Positions 11,141 through 23,227 of a stretch of 64,000 nt of DNA are shown piece by piece (position 1 is the stretch's first letter; each line of letters starts with the position of its first letter). This stretch comes from Octopus sinensis (lineage: Eukaryota): positions 38,936,001 through 39,000,000 of the forward strand of contig NC_043003.1 of the NCBI RefSeq assembly GCF_006345805.1, written 5' to 3'. The position numbers and the translations under genes were made by a program. The notes under the pieces are model-generated. The model ran no database searches and was not told the origin of the DNA. It saw nothing but the letters and a program-made list of their open reading frames with translations.

Positions 11141-12296
11141 TTTATATAAATGTCTCTACATACGTACATACATAGCTATATAGGTGGATATACACACGCA
11201 CGCACACATACAAATATGAGAGAGAGAGAAAGAGGAAGACAGAGAGAGGGAGAGAGAGAGATGCGCGCACACACACACACATCCATGACACTATATTTGT
11301 TGATACTTTTAAACGTAACTTTTTTTTCAAATGTCACTAGGCTTCAAAAAATGTTTCGAAGGTCTCGTATTCATGAGTTGAGAGGAGAAGACTTATACAC
11401 AGGTGTTCTCTATTTATAGTAATATTGACCACGGGAAATCTCGTAAGAAAAGACACTGTGCTTTCTTAATGACTGAGTGGCTTGTATTTACTATTTCCTA
11501 TATAGTAAATAACTCTTAACAGCTAGCGTTTCAAAGTGCTCAGCCACTTATTGAAGTACCATCAAATACTGTTCTTGTAACATCATGTAATAAATACAGT
11601 TGTATGCTTTTCAATCCCTAGCCTGTTCTGTGATTCACGGGATATAGAGGACATATTTCCCTGGCATTCATGCTGCATGTGCTTTTCAACCACCAGGAAA
11701 ACTTGGGGCTAACAAAAGGAAAGCTTTATGTTACTCAGAACGTATGACAACCAAAAGGTTAAGATATATTTAACATTGATTTTGCGACTAGAGGTTTCGA
11801 TATTTTAACAAACCAACCACAGTAGAGGTATGTAAATATATCTAGTCCTACATTTAAATATACCATGAAATAATGCATTTATTCTTGTAGATATTAAAAT
11901 AAATGTCTAATTAAAATTGTGTCGGGCAATAATTAATGTTTCAAAAAGCTTAGTGCTTATCAGTGAAGAGGAAAAGATGTGAATACAATCTGTAAGTGGA
12001 ACAACAAAATTATTCAAGACTTGTCTAAGCACTCTTTTCTAAAGTTTAAATATGCAATTCTTTACTATTGTTGTTATCAACTAATTTCCTGTAATGGAGA
12101 TTTCTTTATTTGTTAGAAACAAATTAATTTTTTATGAAAAGAATCCAAATAATTATAAAAGTTAACATACATACATATACTACATACACGCATATGTATG
12201 CATAGATACATGCATATATATGTATGTATGTACGTTAATATACACACACACATATATACAGACTCATACACACACAGACAAATATATACACTACAG

Positions 12297-12501
12297 GTTC
12301 CCATATAGTTTCGATCAACCAAATTTATTCACGAAGCGTTGCTCAGTACGGGACTATAGGATAAAGCACTAACGTGCCACGCAGTGGGACTGAACTCGAA
12401 GCCACGCAAGAACAGAGTAAGCTGATGCGCATTCTTCAAGTCACGTCGAGTAGCATTACAGGGAGGATTTTGAGATTTTCCGTTTCAAGATTTCTTGAAG
12501 G

Positions 12502-12544
<43 letters not shown>

Positions 12545-12790
12545 TATATTTATATACATCCTTTTATTCTTTTATTTTTTTTTACTTGTTTCTGTCATCT
12601 GGAGCACCGCCTTAAATGGTTTTATTCTAAGAAATCGACCCCAGGACTTATTCTTCGTAAGCCTAGTACTTATTCCATCGGTCTCTTTTGCCGAACCGAT
12701 AAGTTACGGGACGTAAATACACCAACATCGGTTGTCAAGCAATGGTGGAGGGACAAAATAAATACAAAGGCACACACACATAAATATAAA
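12297..12790 (-). mobile_element. Two SINE-A fragments (diverged 5' half ~12297-12420; 3' half ~12570-12790)
   Basis: GTGCCACGCAGTGGGACTGAAC and GACCCCAGGACTTATTCTT..GCCGAACCG match the reverse complement of A. Confidence 0.75.
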
Positions 12791-12804
12791 TATGCATACA
12801 TGCA

Positions 12805-12838
<34 letters not shown>

Positions 12839-12879
12839 ACTACTGTATTTTTATTATTCTTTCTCTTCTTTTCTTGTTC

Positions 12880-13232
12880 CCTCTTCTTCTTTTTAGGTAG
12901 ACAAAAGAGACGTCTCCTCCAAAAAAGAACATCTCCAACCCATGGATTACACTGGAGTCCTCTCCAATACACCACGACGTTTGAACCTTTTGAACTTTTC
13001 TAAACATTTTTGTACTTTCTACTTTTTACTATTGTCCTTTCTCTCAATCCGCACTTGCTCTCCCTCCCTTTCTCTATTTTCTCTCCCTGTTTATTTCTGT
13101 GTTCCTTTCTGTCGAAGAGCGTAGACTCGAAATATAAAAGACTTTCTCACTTCCCGATCGTTAAAATTAATACATTTGTTTGTTGTTTACACACCTGTCT
13201 TCGTTTTTTTTTTGTGTATAAATTCTCACTAT
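12880..13232 (+). mobile_element. Penelope-like element 3'-terminal fragment (family P2) with hammerhead-like motif at 13105-13140
   Basis: CTTT-CTGTCGA-A-GAGCGTAGACTC-GAAA-TATA-AAAG, then pyrimidine/TG-rich tail ending at a TA run; homologous to 40315-40460. Penelope assignment is inference from the motif. Confidence 0.55.
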
Positions 13233-13239
13233 ATATCTA

Positions 13240-13600
13240 CAGGCATGGCTGTGTGTTAAGTTGCTTGCTTACCAACCACATGGTTCTGTGTCTTGCTTAC
13301 CAACCACATGGGCAAGTGTCTTCTACTATAGCTTCGGGCCGACCAAAGTTTTGCGAATGGATTTGGTAGACGGAAACTGAAAGAAGCCTGTCGTATATAT
13401 ATGTATATATGTATGTGTGTGTATGTTTTTGTCTGTGTTTGTCCACCCACCATCGCTTGACAACCGATGCTGGTGCGTAAAAGAGACCAATAGGATAAGT
13501 ACTAGGCTTACAGAGAATAAGTTCTGGGGTGGATTTGATCGACTAAAGGCGGTGCTCCAGTATGGCCGCAGTCAAATGACTGAAATTTAATATAAGAATA
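13240..13600 (+). mobile_element. SINE family A, near full length
   Basis: Head, internal TA/TG tract, 3' end GGCGGTGCTCCAGTATGGCCGCAGTCAAATGACTGAAA. Confidence 0.9.
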
Positions 13601-13604
13601 AAAG

Positions 13605-13633
13605 AATATATATATATGTGTGTATATACATTA

Positions 13634-13725
<92 letters not shown>

Positions 13726-13730
13726 ATATA

Positions 13731-13804
<74 letters not shown>

Positions 13805-13805
13805 T
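13605..13805. repeat. Imperfect (TA)n tract
   Basis: Directly visible. Confidence 0.95.
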
Positions 13806-14157
13806 ACAACAAAAAGCAAAAGAAGTTGTAACACTTTGTTAGTGACCGGGTTGAATTCTTGAATGTGTATACTTAAAGTGACTAATCGATAGCTTTTCTG
13901 AAAGAAAGTAAGAGGGGAAAGACAGAAATTAAAAAAAGAAACGTGTTGGCATTGGTATTAGTTGCTTGTGTGTAGTGGCGGCGGTGGTGGTGTTGGTGGT
14001 AGTGGTGGTGTTAGTGTTGGTGGTAGTGGTAGTGGTGGTGGTAGTGGTTGTGGTGGTGGTGATGGAGAGTGCGCTTGCTTTGGTGGCTGTGATAGAATTG
14101 GTGATAATATAAAAAAGAACGATAGAAAGAAAGCGATAGAGTTAGAGATAGATAGAT

Positions 14158-14192
<35 letters not shown>

Positions 14193-14698
14193 AAGAGAGA
14201 GAAAGAAAGAGAGAGAAAGAAAGAGAGATAGATAGATACAGAGAGAGAGAGAGGGGGGAGTGAAAGAAGGAGAATTATAATGAAATCAAGGTTAATTTGA
14301 AGTGGGGAAGGTGGAAAATGATAAGTTTGAACTTGACACAGAGAAAGGTGTTAATTAAGAAGGAATGAAAAAAAAACAACAAAAAAACAACAACAACAGA
14401 AAAGCGAAGAGTGCTGAGTTTGGTACAATTTTTTCTATACAATAGATTCATTATCTGTATGACATCCCGCCATTCTTTACTTCTGCCACCACTCCGCCTT
14501 TCCAGTCTTTGTTTTACGGTGTCATCGAAACAGGATTTTGTCAACAACAGTAATATCAATAAAAAAACAAAAAAAAAACGAAAACGACAAAAGAAAGTAA
14601 AACAAAACAAAAATAAAATAAAACAAAAAGAAAATAAAAACGTACGTAAGACAATGAAATCTGCCAACCATAACCGTGATACTCCTGTTCCTCAGAAG

Positions 14699-15245
14699 GC
14701 ACGTGGTTTAATGGCTAAGGGTATTCGACTCCCAGAAGGCGGCGAGCTGGCAGCAACGTTAGCACGCCGGGCGAAATGCGTAGCCGTTTTTCGTCTGCCG
14801 TTACGTTCTGATTTCAAATTCCGCCGAGGTCGACTTTGCCTTTCATCCTTTCGGGGTCGATAAATTAAGTACCGGTTACGCACTGGGGTCGATGTAATCG
14901 ACTTAATCCGTTTGTCTGTCCTTGTTTGTCCCCTCTGTGTTTATCCCCTTGTGTGTAGTAAAGAAATAGGTATTCGACTTCCGGCGGCGCATTATGTTCT
15001 TGAGCAAGACACTTTATTTCTCGTAGCTCTAAATCTACTCAGCGGGCAAAAATGAGTTGTATCTGGTATTTCAAAGGGCCAGCCTTGTCACATTTGGTGG
15101 CGGCGCGTGTTCAATCTCGCTGATAACTGCGTTAAGGGTAGGCGTGTCTGTGGGATGCTCAGCTAGTTGCACGTTGATTGCACGAGCAGGCTGTTCCGCC
15201 GATCGGATCAACTGGAACGCTTATCGTCGTAACCGACGGAGAGCC
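14699..15245 (+). mobile_element. SINE C with a SINE-B copy (14738-14968) nested in its head
   Basis: C head GCACGTGGTTTAATGGCTAAGGGTATTCGACT, then full B, then C body; GGTATTCGACT repeated at 14720 and 14969. Confidence 0.8.
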
Positions 15246-15259
15246 AGATGACTCCGGTT

Positions 15260-15562
15260 TCTTCTTCTTCTTCTTCTTCTTCTTCTTCTTCTTCATCATC
15301 ATAACCACCACGATCACCATCATCATCATCATCATCATCACCACCACCACTACAACGACAGCACCCACCAGCACCAGCGACAGCAGCATCAGCAGCGCCA
15401 CCACCACCACAACCACTGTCACAACCAACAAAAGAACCACTACCTATACTACTACCGTCTAATGCTAACAACACCAACATCCTCGCCGCCACTACCAACA
15501 CTGACAGCCCAATACTAACACTATCACAATTATCGTCACCAACACCACAATCACTTTAGCAT

Positions 15563-15608
<46 letters not shown>

Positions 15609-15704
15609 ACCCCACCACCACTACCACCACTACTACTACTACTGTTACCACCACCACCACCACCACCACCGCCACCACCACCACCACCAACCACCACCAC
15701 CACC

Positions 15705-15744
<40 letters not shown>

Positions 15745-15870
15745 ATGCTACTGCTGCTATTTTTATACATCCGACACTGCCACTACAATGTCTACTATAA
15801 CCACCACCACATCACCACCAAAACCACCACTACAACCACCACCAAAACCACCACCACAACAACAACAACA
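15260..15870. repeat. Compound trinucleotide microsatellite (TTC/ATC/ACC/ACT)
   Basis: Directly visible. Confidence 0.9.
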
Positions 15871-16255
15871 AAAGCAGCGCGATCAATAACAACAGTCATA
15901 AACATTAACTAGATTTCTGTTGTTTATCCTCCATACTATCCACCCATCCATTCACGTACCCATAGCTATACACAATACTGAATACTGAAACACTACAGGT
16001 ACGACACGGCACTTAACTGTTTCATTTCACTATTGTTTATGTATTATGGCTTGTTTTAGAGTAGAGATTTACAGCTTGTATAACCGTGTAACAAAAAACC
16101 TAGCTTTTGGTACATTCTTTAAAGCAGTCACTAGCAGACTGGGTATTTTGTATATATAAATCACGATTATAATTTTGTTAACGGAGGAGTTACGCAAACA
16201 GCAGGGGGAAGGTGCTTCCTCTATTTTCTTGTTCATCAATACTTATGAAGGTAAG

Positions 16256-16415
16256 CGCAGACGTGGCTGTGTGGTAAGAAGCTTGCTTACCAACTACATG
16301 CTTTCGAGTTCAGTCCCACTGCGTGGCACCTTGAGCAAAAGTCTTCTACTATAGCATCGGGACAACCAAGGCCTTGTGAGTGAATCTGGTAGATGGAAAC
16401 AGAAAGAAGCTTGTC

Positions 16416-16467
<52 letters not shown>

Positions 16468-16695
16468 ATGTGTGTGTGTGCACCTGTGTTTGTCCTCCCA
16501 CCACCGCTTGACAACCGATGTTGGTGTGGTTACGTTCCGGTAACATCGCGGTTCGGCAAAGAGACAGATAGAATAAATACTAGGTTTTAAAAACGTCCTG
16601 GGGATCGATTTGTTTGACTAAAGTCCTTCAAGGAGGTGCTCCAGCATGGCCTCAGTCAAATGACTGAAACGAGTAAAAAAAAAAGGAATAAAAGA
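16256..16695 (+). mobile_element. SINE family A, full length
   Basis: All segments present, with internal (TA)n(TG)n. Confidence 0.9.
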
Positions 16696-17049
16696 ACTGC
16701 GTTTGTAATAACTATAGACTATATCTTCACATTCTGAGCTTAATAAACATGTATATAATTTCCTAATAGTCTGTGACCATAGTAGAAGATACCTCCCCTC
16801 GGTGCTATATAGTGGGCCTGAACCCGAAAGCGTGTGGTTGCAAAGCGACCTTCTTAGTCACACAACCATGCATGCAGGTTTATTGCTGGTTGCACGGCAT
16901 TGAGGGAAGACTGCAACACATTTTTCGAACGGACACTTCAAGCTGAAGTCCGAATGTGTCCCGCGCGACGAATGATGATGCGTGGTGTTTATTTTTCCCA
17001 AACATTTTCATATTGCGGCTTTTAGTACTTATTTGGGACCAAACAACAC

Positions 17050-17235
17050 GCTGGTTTTTGTATTGGGCCCAGAAGACCTGGAGTAGACTGGGAGGAGAGA
17101 GATGGTTAGATAATATCCATAGCCTCAGTTGGTCATGCCTGGGAATCCAGTAGGAGAGTGTAATGGCAGTTGCTTCTGAGGAGACCTTATGGAGAAAGTA
17201 CCTGAGGACTCTACTCCAATGACTCTTGTCTTACT
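17050..17235 (+). mobile_element. RTE-clade LINE ORF 3'-end fragment
   Basis: RWLDNIHSLSWSCLGIQ*ESVMAVASEETLWRKYLRTL; homologous to the - strand copies at 21250 and 22955. Confidence 0.65.
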
Positions 17236-18717
17236 TAGCCATGTATTACTTAGCACCACTTGGAATAGTATTTTAAGTTGTGTTTTAGGATATCATAGCC
17301 CACCCGAGTGAGGAGTTGTTTTTGTCCAGGCCGTTTGAATGTTATGGAGTTTTTTTTTCTTTCTTTGATTTGTTTCGATATAATGTTGAATAAAGCGGGA
17401 AAAGTTGATGTTAAAACGATGTGTCAAAATGTTATGTGAAATGAGCTCGATTTTTGCAGGAGGCATATAGCACGGGGGACTAAAGTATATCCTTCTATAG
17501 GCGGGTTTATAATGAATCCTCAGAAATCCAAGAATCTCTATTTTTCTTGTCAATATTGTTTTTATTGCTTGACTTATGTTAGATGTACCCATGCAAAACG
17601 TCCTGTTGATATGATGTTAGTCCAGGTACTCTTTGGTAGCCACATGGAACAACTCTCGAGTCAGAGTATCTATTCAGGAGTCATGCTCTCAATATTTTTA
17701 ATTTCTCAGTTCAGTACACATGTGATGCACTCCTCTTGCTACTGTTTAGCAAATGTCTAAATGCCAATCTCTTCAAGCGTCCAATCTGGTACCCCAAATG
17801 TTGGGAGTAGCGCAAGTATTACAAAAGCATTATATAATTTAATTGAAAGCAAATATCTCTGACTTTTACAATTTCCAAAGTCTGCTGAAGTATTCTATTG
17901 ACATTTGTAGCCTTACTCACAGCACCAACATATACAATATCCAGACACTTTTAGTATTCATTTTTGAAGATGGGGGAAATAGATAGGCAATTGATATCCA
18001 TATTCCTCGTATGGTTACCTCGATCGACTCTCAAATGCAAGCAACCATTCCTGTGTCCTGTGAGAATGTAGCGATCAGTTTCATTGTCTTTTACTACAAT
18101 GAATATTACCTGAATACTGCTTCGGATAATCGACTTAATAAGCTGTGGGCGACATTAATTGTCCTCTCTACAGCAGATCTTAAGTCGTAGCCTGACAGGG
18201 AACCTTCTCTCAGCCATGTTTCCTCAACATGGCTGATAGAAGTGTCACTGTCAGGACGAACAACAGTATATATAGACAAGCTGTCACCCTGTACTATGTT
18301 CGTCGGAGGCGACAGCTTTCAGTACAATACACGAAGACAGTGCTTTACATTTAGCATTGATCAGAATGGGTTGTGCAAAGATTTAGAGTGTTATCAACAA
18401 AAAAGATACGGAAAATAATAGAGTAGCAAGTCACCTGTCTCTGTTGTTGTAATAAAGATTTGAATCAATCAAGTGTTTAGCAGAATTCAAGGTATGTCAT
18501 CTTGCCTAATACATACTTGATAAGAACAGATCGATACTACTACAATGATATCAAGTTACCTTCCAGTCATCGTTGATGCTTTCCATTTGGATTTTAGATT
18601 TCGCGTCTATATACCCTATGCTAATTATTTTATTGGTTCTAAAGTTAGGCAAACTTCTTTATGCGTATTCATGCAAACATTGATTCTTATTGACGCATCT
18701 CAATACTTGCTTCCTTT

Positions 18718-18719
18718 AC

Positions 18720-18793
<74 letters not shown>

Positions 18794-18824
18794 GAACAAT
18801 AATAATAAGAACAACAACAATAAT

Positions 18825-18857
<33 letters not shown>

Positions 18858-19105
18858 AATAACAACAACAACAACAACAACAATAATAATAATAAAAAGA
18901 ATGAAGATGATGATGATGTTGATGATAACTATTTCAAATTTTGGCGCAAGAACAGAAAGTTTGGGGAAGGAGGTAAGTAAGTCGATTACGTCATCCCCCA
19001 GAGCTTAACTGGTACACATTTTATCGACACCCGAAAGGATGAAAGGCAAAGTCGACCTTGGTGGAATTTGAAATCAGAGCGTAGTGATGGAGAACATATA
19101 ATAAT

Positions 19106-19156
<51 letters not shown>

Positions 19157-19556
19157 TAATAAGCATAATGATAACAATAACAACAACAGCAATAACAACA
19201 ACAACAACAATAATAATAATAACAATAACAACAATAATAATAATGATAATATTAATAATAATAATGATAATATTAATAATAATAAATAATAATAATAATA
19301 ATAATAATAATCCTTTCTATTCTAGGCACAAGGCCTGAGAATTTGCATGACGGTGGTTTGTGGATTACATCGACCACAGTGAGTAACGGGTGCTTATTTC
19401 ATCGACCCTGAAAGGATAAAAGGCGAAGTCGACCTCGGCAGAATTTGAACGCAGAACGTCTTTAAGACGGACGAAATGCTGCTAAGCATTTTGCCCGGCT
19501 TGCTAACGATTCTGCCAGCTCGCCGCCTATATAACAACAACAACAACAACAACAAC

Positions 19557-19615
<59 letters not shown>
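18718..19615. repeat. (AAT)n/(AAC)n tracts interleaved with two - strand SINE-B fragments (~18950-19080, ~19310-19530)
   Basis: Visible repeats; GGATGAAAGGCAAAGTCGACCT core on the - strand. Confidence 0.85.
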
Positions 19616-19616
<1 letters not shown>

Positions 19617-19617
<1 letters not shown>

Positions 19618-20171
19618 GCCCTGATGCAGTACCAGGCAGTGGCTCTCATGGCTTCTGATCTTAACTGATTGGAAGTGTTATCATGTACATTGTTTTGTCT
19701 TGGTATAAAAGATGGGCTACATCAAATATTCTGCTCAATACCACAGATTTGCTTGTCAGTTGTTTGACCTTAACCAGTTGAGCATGTCCCTTAGTGGCTG
19801 ACGATATGTGCATCTCTGATCACGAGCAGAAGTAGTGGGGGAGCATCATAGCCATGTGTTGAGAGGGATTCTTTGGGGTTTGAATAGTTCACCTCTGGAA
19901 ACATGGGTGGTTCTTTCAACATCCTTAAACAACCCTTATTCAGGGACCGTTTGAGCGGGATGGGTTACTCAACCTGAAGAAAATTCTAACTGGGCCCACC
20001 TGCAAGGTCATGTGCTGTTTATCTTGATATGAGATCACCATGTCGCGCACATATGGTTGTGATGCATGTGCCTGGTGTACCTTTATCAGACGGGTAGTCA
20101 TGATGGGTATATTGGGCTTCGTATATTTTACCCCAGTGTCACTTTGATGGCATGAACTGCTCTCTCACTCA
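19617..20171 (+). mobile_element. 555-bp (TAA)n-flanked element, copy 2
   Basis: Same length and termini as 650-1204. Confidence 0.85.
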
Positions 20172-20204
20172 ATAATAATAATAATAATAATAAAAATAAT
20201 AATA

Positions 20205-20497
20205 GGATTGATAGCAAAAGGAACTGATTGTTACCTAACTGAGACACCAGGAAACCCTAAAATGTCAAAAATTCAAAAGATAGTGCTCATGAGAACTGCC
20301 GTGAAATCTCAATTTTCAAACAAACTCGTAATTTTCCTATGTTTTCTTAAACATTCTCTAGAACAATACTATGTGCAAGACCAAATATATGATACCTTAG
20401 GTATAACACCAACATGAACTTCTAACTTGTTGTTACTTAGAGTCTCTGGTGAGATTTGGAGCCAATTTGTACAAATACAAAGCAAAAGTCAAACATA
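20205..20497 (+). mobile_element. Dong/R4-type LINE extreme 3' fragment (second subfamily) with TAA tail
   Basis: MIAKGTDCYLTETPGNPKMSKIQKIVLMRTA resembles the KKGTETYLKMIPG..VQKIVL C-terminus at 1400-1500; ends in (TAA)n. Confidence 0.7.
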
Positions 20498-20608
20498 TAA
20501 TGATAATAATAATAATGATGATAATAATAATAATAATAATAATAATAATATAATAATAATAATAAAAATAATAATAATAATAGTAATAATGATGATAATG
20601 ATAATAAA

Positions 20609-20659
<51 letters not shown>

Positions 20660-21249
20660 TATTATTATTATTATTATTATTATTGGCCCTCGAAGTCGCT
20701 GGAAATGGAGATCTCCAGGTCCAAATTCTTGAACTGCTGCTACTGCTGCTGCTGCTGTTGCTGTTCAAACAATGCCATCACTTAATTCTATAGTCATAAA
20801 ATGTATAATGATAGTGAAACATTATTCTCACAATTATTCCCAAAATTCTACTGCTGCTGCTGCTACTACTACTACTACTACTGTTGCTGCTACTACTACT
20901 ACTACTACTACTGCTACTACTACAACTACTACTGCTGCTGCTGTTGTTGTTGTTGCTAAGCAACAAGACGGGCAAGGGTGATTAGGTGATGGTCTAGGGC
21001 ATTGGGGCGGGAGACCCCAGACCTTGGAAAAAAAACTTTGGTCGTCTTGTTGTAGTCGAGGGCTCTTCGTTGACGCCCGACACTACTGGGAGGTGGCCCT
21101 CGCTGGAAATGGAGATCTCCAGGTCCAAATTCTTGAACGGCTGCTACTGCTGCTGCAGCTGTTGCTGCTCAAACAATGTCGTCACGTAATTCTATAGTCA
21201 TAAAATGTATAATGATAGTGAAACATTATTCCCACAATTATTCCCAAAA

Positions 21250-21396
21250 TTCTTGGGAGGGTCGTGGGCGTAGATTTCTCTGGCACTTCTTCCATAAGGT
21301 CCTATCTGAATCAACCATCATTACATTTTCCGGGTGGATTCCCAAATTTGTCCAACAGACTATGGTTATTATCCAACCATCACGTTCTTGGTCTAC
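21250..21396 (-). mobile_element. RTE-clade LINE 3' end (block Z)
   Basis: GRPRT*WLDN..GIHPENVMMVDSDRTLWKKC-like decayed translation. Confidence 0.7.
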
Positions 21397-21405
21397 CAAT
21401 TATTA

Positions 21406-21450
<45 letters not shown>

Positions 21451-21454
21451 TATT

Positions 21455-21842
21455 ATTATTATTTTCAATTCTGTTTCCATTTTTTGCTGACTGTCTTCTC
21501 GACACCTAAGGCAAAGAAACTTACTGTATAACATTGGTAGGTCATTAAAATAAAGACACCAAATTGTTCATTTACAAAGTCATGCGATAAAAAAAAATGG
21601 CAAGAAAGAAAGAAATGAAAAAAGAAAGAAAGAATGAATGAAAGAAGGAAAGGAAGGAAGAAGAAAAAAGAAAATTGGGGAAGGAAAGAAAATTCACAAG
21701 GACAACGCTCTTCTCAATACGTGTGGCATACACGTTAAGACAATCTTTTACACTTCCTGCATGGACGGTAAGCCAGGAATCATACTCAAATAATTTTCAG
21801 TTCCTTTTTTGATCATTCCAAGTGCTCCTACAATCACAATTA
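21455..21842 (-). mobile_element. Dong/R4-type LINE 3' fragment; 3' UTR split by a GAAA/GGAA tract
   Basis: IVIVGALGMIKKGTENYLSMIPGLPSMQEV*KIVLTCMPHVLRRALSL* (21842-21694); 21455-21530 resembles the 3' UTR at 1620-1690. Confidence 0.8.
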
Positions 21843-21924
21843 TTATTATCCTTATTGTTGTTGTTGTTCACAATTGCCATTACATGCTAATTTATGTGGC
21901 AGAGATATTATTCTGAGGTTTGGT

Positions 21925-22125
21925 AAAGTTTCAAAACCGAATTTCTCTTAGGGTTCTTGTACGTAAAATACAGGATGGTATTTTTCTTGTAGGTCGACAT
22001 TACGTGTTTTAGTTCCTGTGTGGTGTCAAGTCTCTTAGATAGCAATTTGTGTGTTATGCCGAGTGCACCAATTACCAAATTACCACAGGAACAATTCTCA
22101 CCGGTGTGTTCCACTATTTCTTTAT
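21925..22125 (-). mobile_element. Dong/R4-like LINE C-terminal fragment, diverged
   Basis: LVIGALGITHKLLSKRLDT (cf. VPVVIGALG) followed by ILYTSRILRE-like residues in another frame. Confidence 0.55.
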
Positions 22126-22135
22126 ATTTCTTTAG

Positions 22136-22136
22136 T

Positions 22137-22176
<40 letters not shown>

Positions 22177-22177
22177 G

Positions 22178-22247
<70 letters not shown>

Positions 22248-22249
22248 GG

Positions 22250-22282
<33 letters not shown>

Positions 22283-22294
22283 TTACTGCTGCGG

Positions 22295-22330
<36 letters not shown>

Positions 22331-22420
22331 TTACTGCTGCGGCTACTACTACTACTACTACTACTGCTGCTGATACTACTACTACTACTACTGCTACTGC
22401 TGCTACTACTACTACTACTA

Positions 22421-22457
<37 letters not shown>

Positions 22458-22570
22458 CACTACTACTACTGCTACTACTACTGCTGATACTACTACTACT
22501 ACTGCTACTACTACTACTACTACTGCTACTACTACTACTACTACAACTACTACTGCTGCTGCTGTTGTTG
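22136..22570. repeat. (ACT)n/(GCT)n compound microsatellite
   Basis: Directly visible. Confidence 0.95.
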
Positions 22571-22914
22571 TTAAGCAACAAGACGGGTAAGGGTGATTAG
22601 GTGATAGTCTAGGGCATTGGGGTGGGAGACCCCAGACCTTGGAAAAAAAAAAAAACTTTGGTCGTCTTGTTGTAGTCGAGGGCTCTTCGTTGACGCCCGA
22701 CACCACTGGGAGGTGGCCCTCGAAGTCGCTGGAAATGGAGATCTCCAGGTCCAAATTCTTGAACGGTTGCTACTGCTGCTGCTGCTGCTGTTGCTGCTCA
22801 AACAATGCCGTCACTTAATTCTATAGTCATAAAATGCATACTGATAGTGAAACATTATTTCCACGTATTCAGTCACTATTCAAATGATATATGTATTAAT
22901 AAATAAATAAATTT

Positions 22915-23225
22915 TACTCATCCATCCATGCAGCCTTTCATTTTCTTTGCCCCTATTCTTGGGAAGGTCGTAGGCGTAGATTCCTCTGGCACTTCTTCCA
23001 TAAGGTCTCATCAGAAACAACCATCATTACACTTTCCGGGTGGATTCACAAACGTGTCCAACAGACTATGGTTATTATCCAACCATCACGCTCTTGGTCT
23101 ACCCGCTAGGTCTCCTGTCAGTTGGCTTGTCTTGAAAAATTTGTCTAGGTGTTCTCTCCTGCGACATTCAAATCACATGTTCCTAGTAACTGTAAAAAAA
23201 AAAGTTACCTTCTCGAGACATACCG
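22915..23225 (-). mobile_element. RTE-clade LINE 3' end with short GGAT tail
   Basis: GHVI.MSQERTPRQIFQDKPTDRRPSGRPR (cf. GHV.RM...GRRPRGRPR), then WLDN..; ends GCATGGATGGATG. Confidence 0.8.
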
Positions 23226-23227
23226 AC

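Larger units (their letters stand above)
20685..23103 (-). repeat. Local segmental duplication: blocks X (three copies: 20685-20850, 21094-21255, 22714-22860), Y (20958-21100, 22572-22720), Z (21250-21396, 22955-23103)
   Basis: Near-identical text, e.g. GCTGGAAATGGAGATCTCCAGGTCCAAATTCTTGAAC occurs three times. Confidence 0.9.

Noticed and set aside
11615-11760. AG..GT bounded stretch containing FTGYRGHI, reminiscent of FAM166-type repeats
   Set aside because: All three frames from the acceptor hit a stop before the donor
14692-14883. Recurrent ORFs such as MRNWYLIYRPRKDERQSRPRRNL (also 27495, 56374, 59167) and LAETLARRAKC
   Set aside because: Chance frames through SINE B; they recur because the SINE recurs
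20030-20150. AAGCCCAG hairpin on the reverse strand of the 555-bp element resembling twister ribozyme P4/L4
   Set aside because: Loop too long and the other twister pairings could not be built by eye; an Infernal scan would settle it
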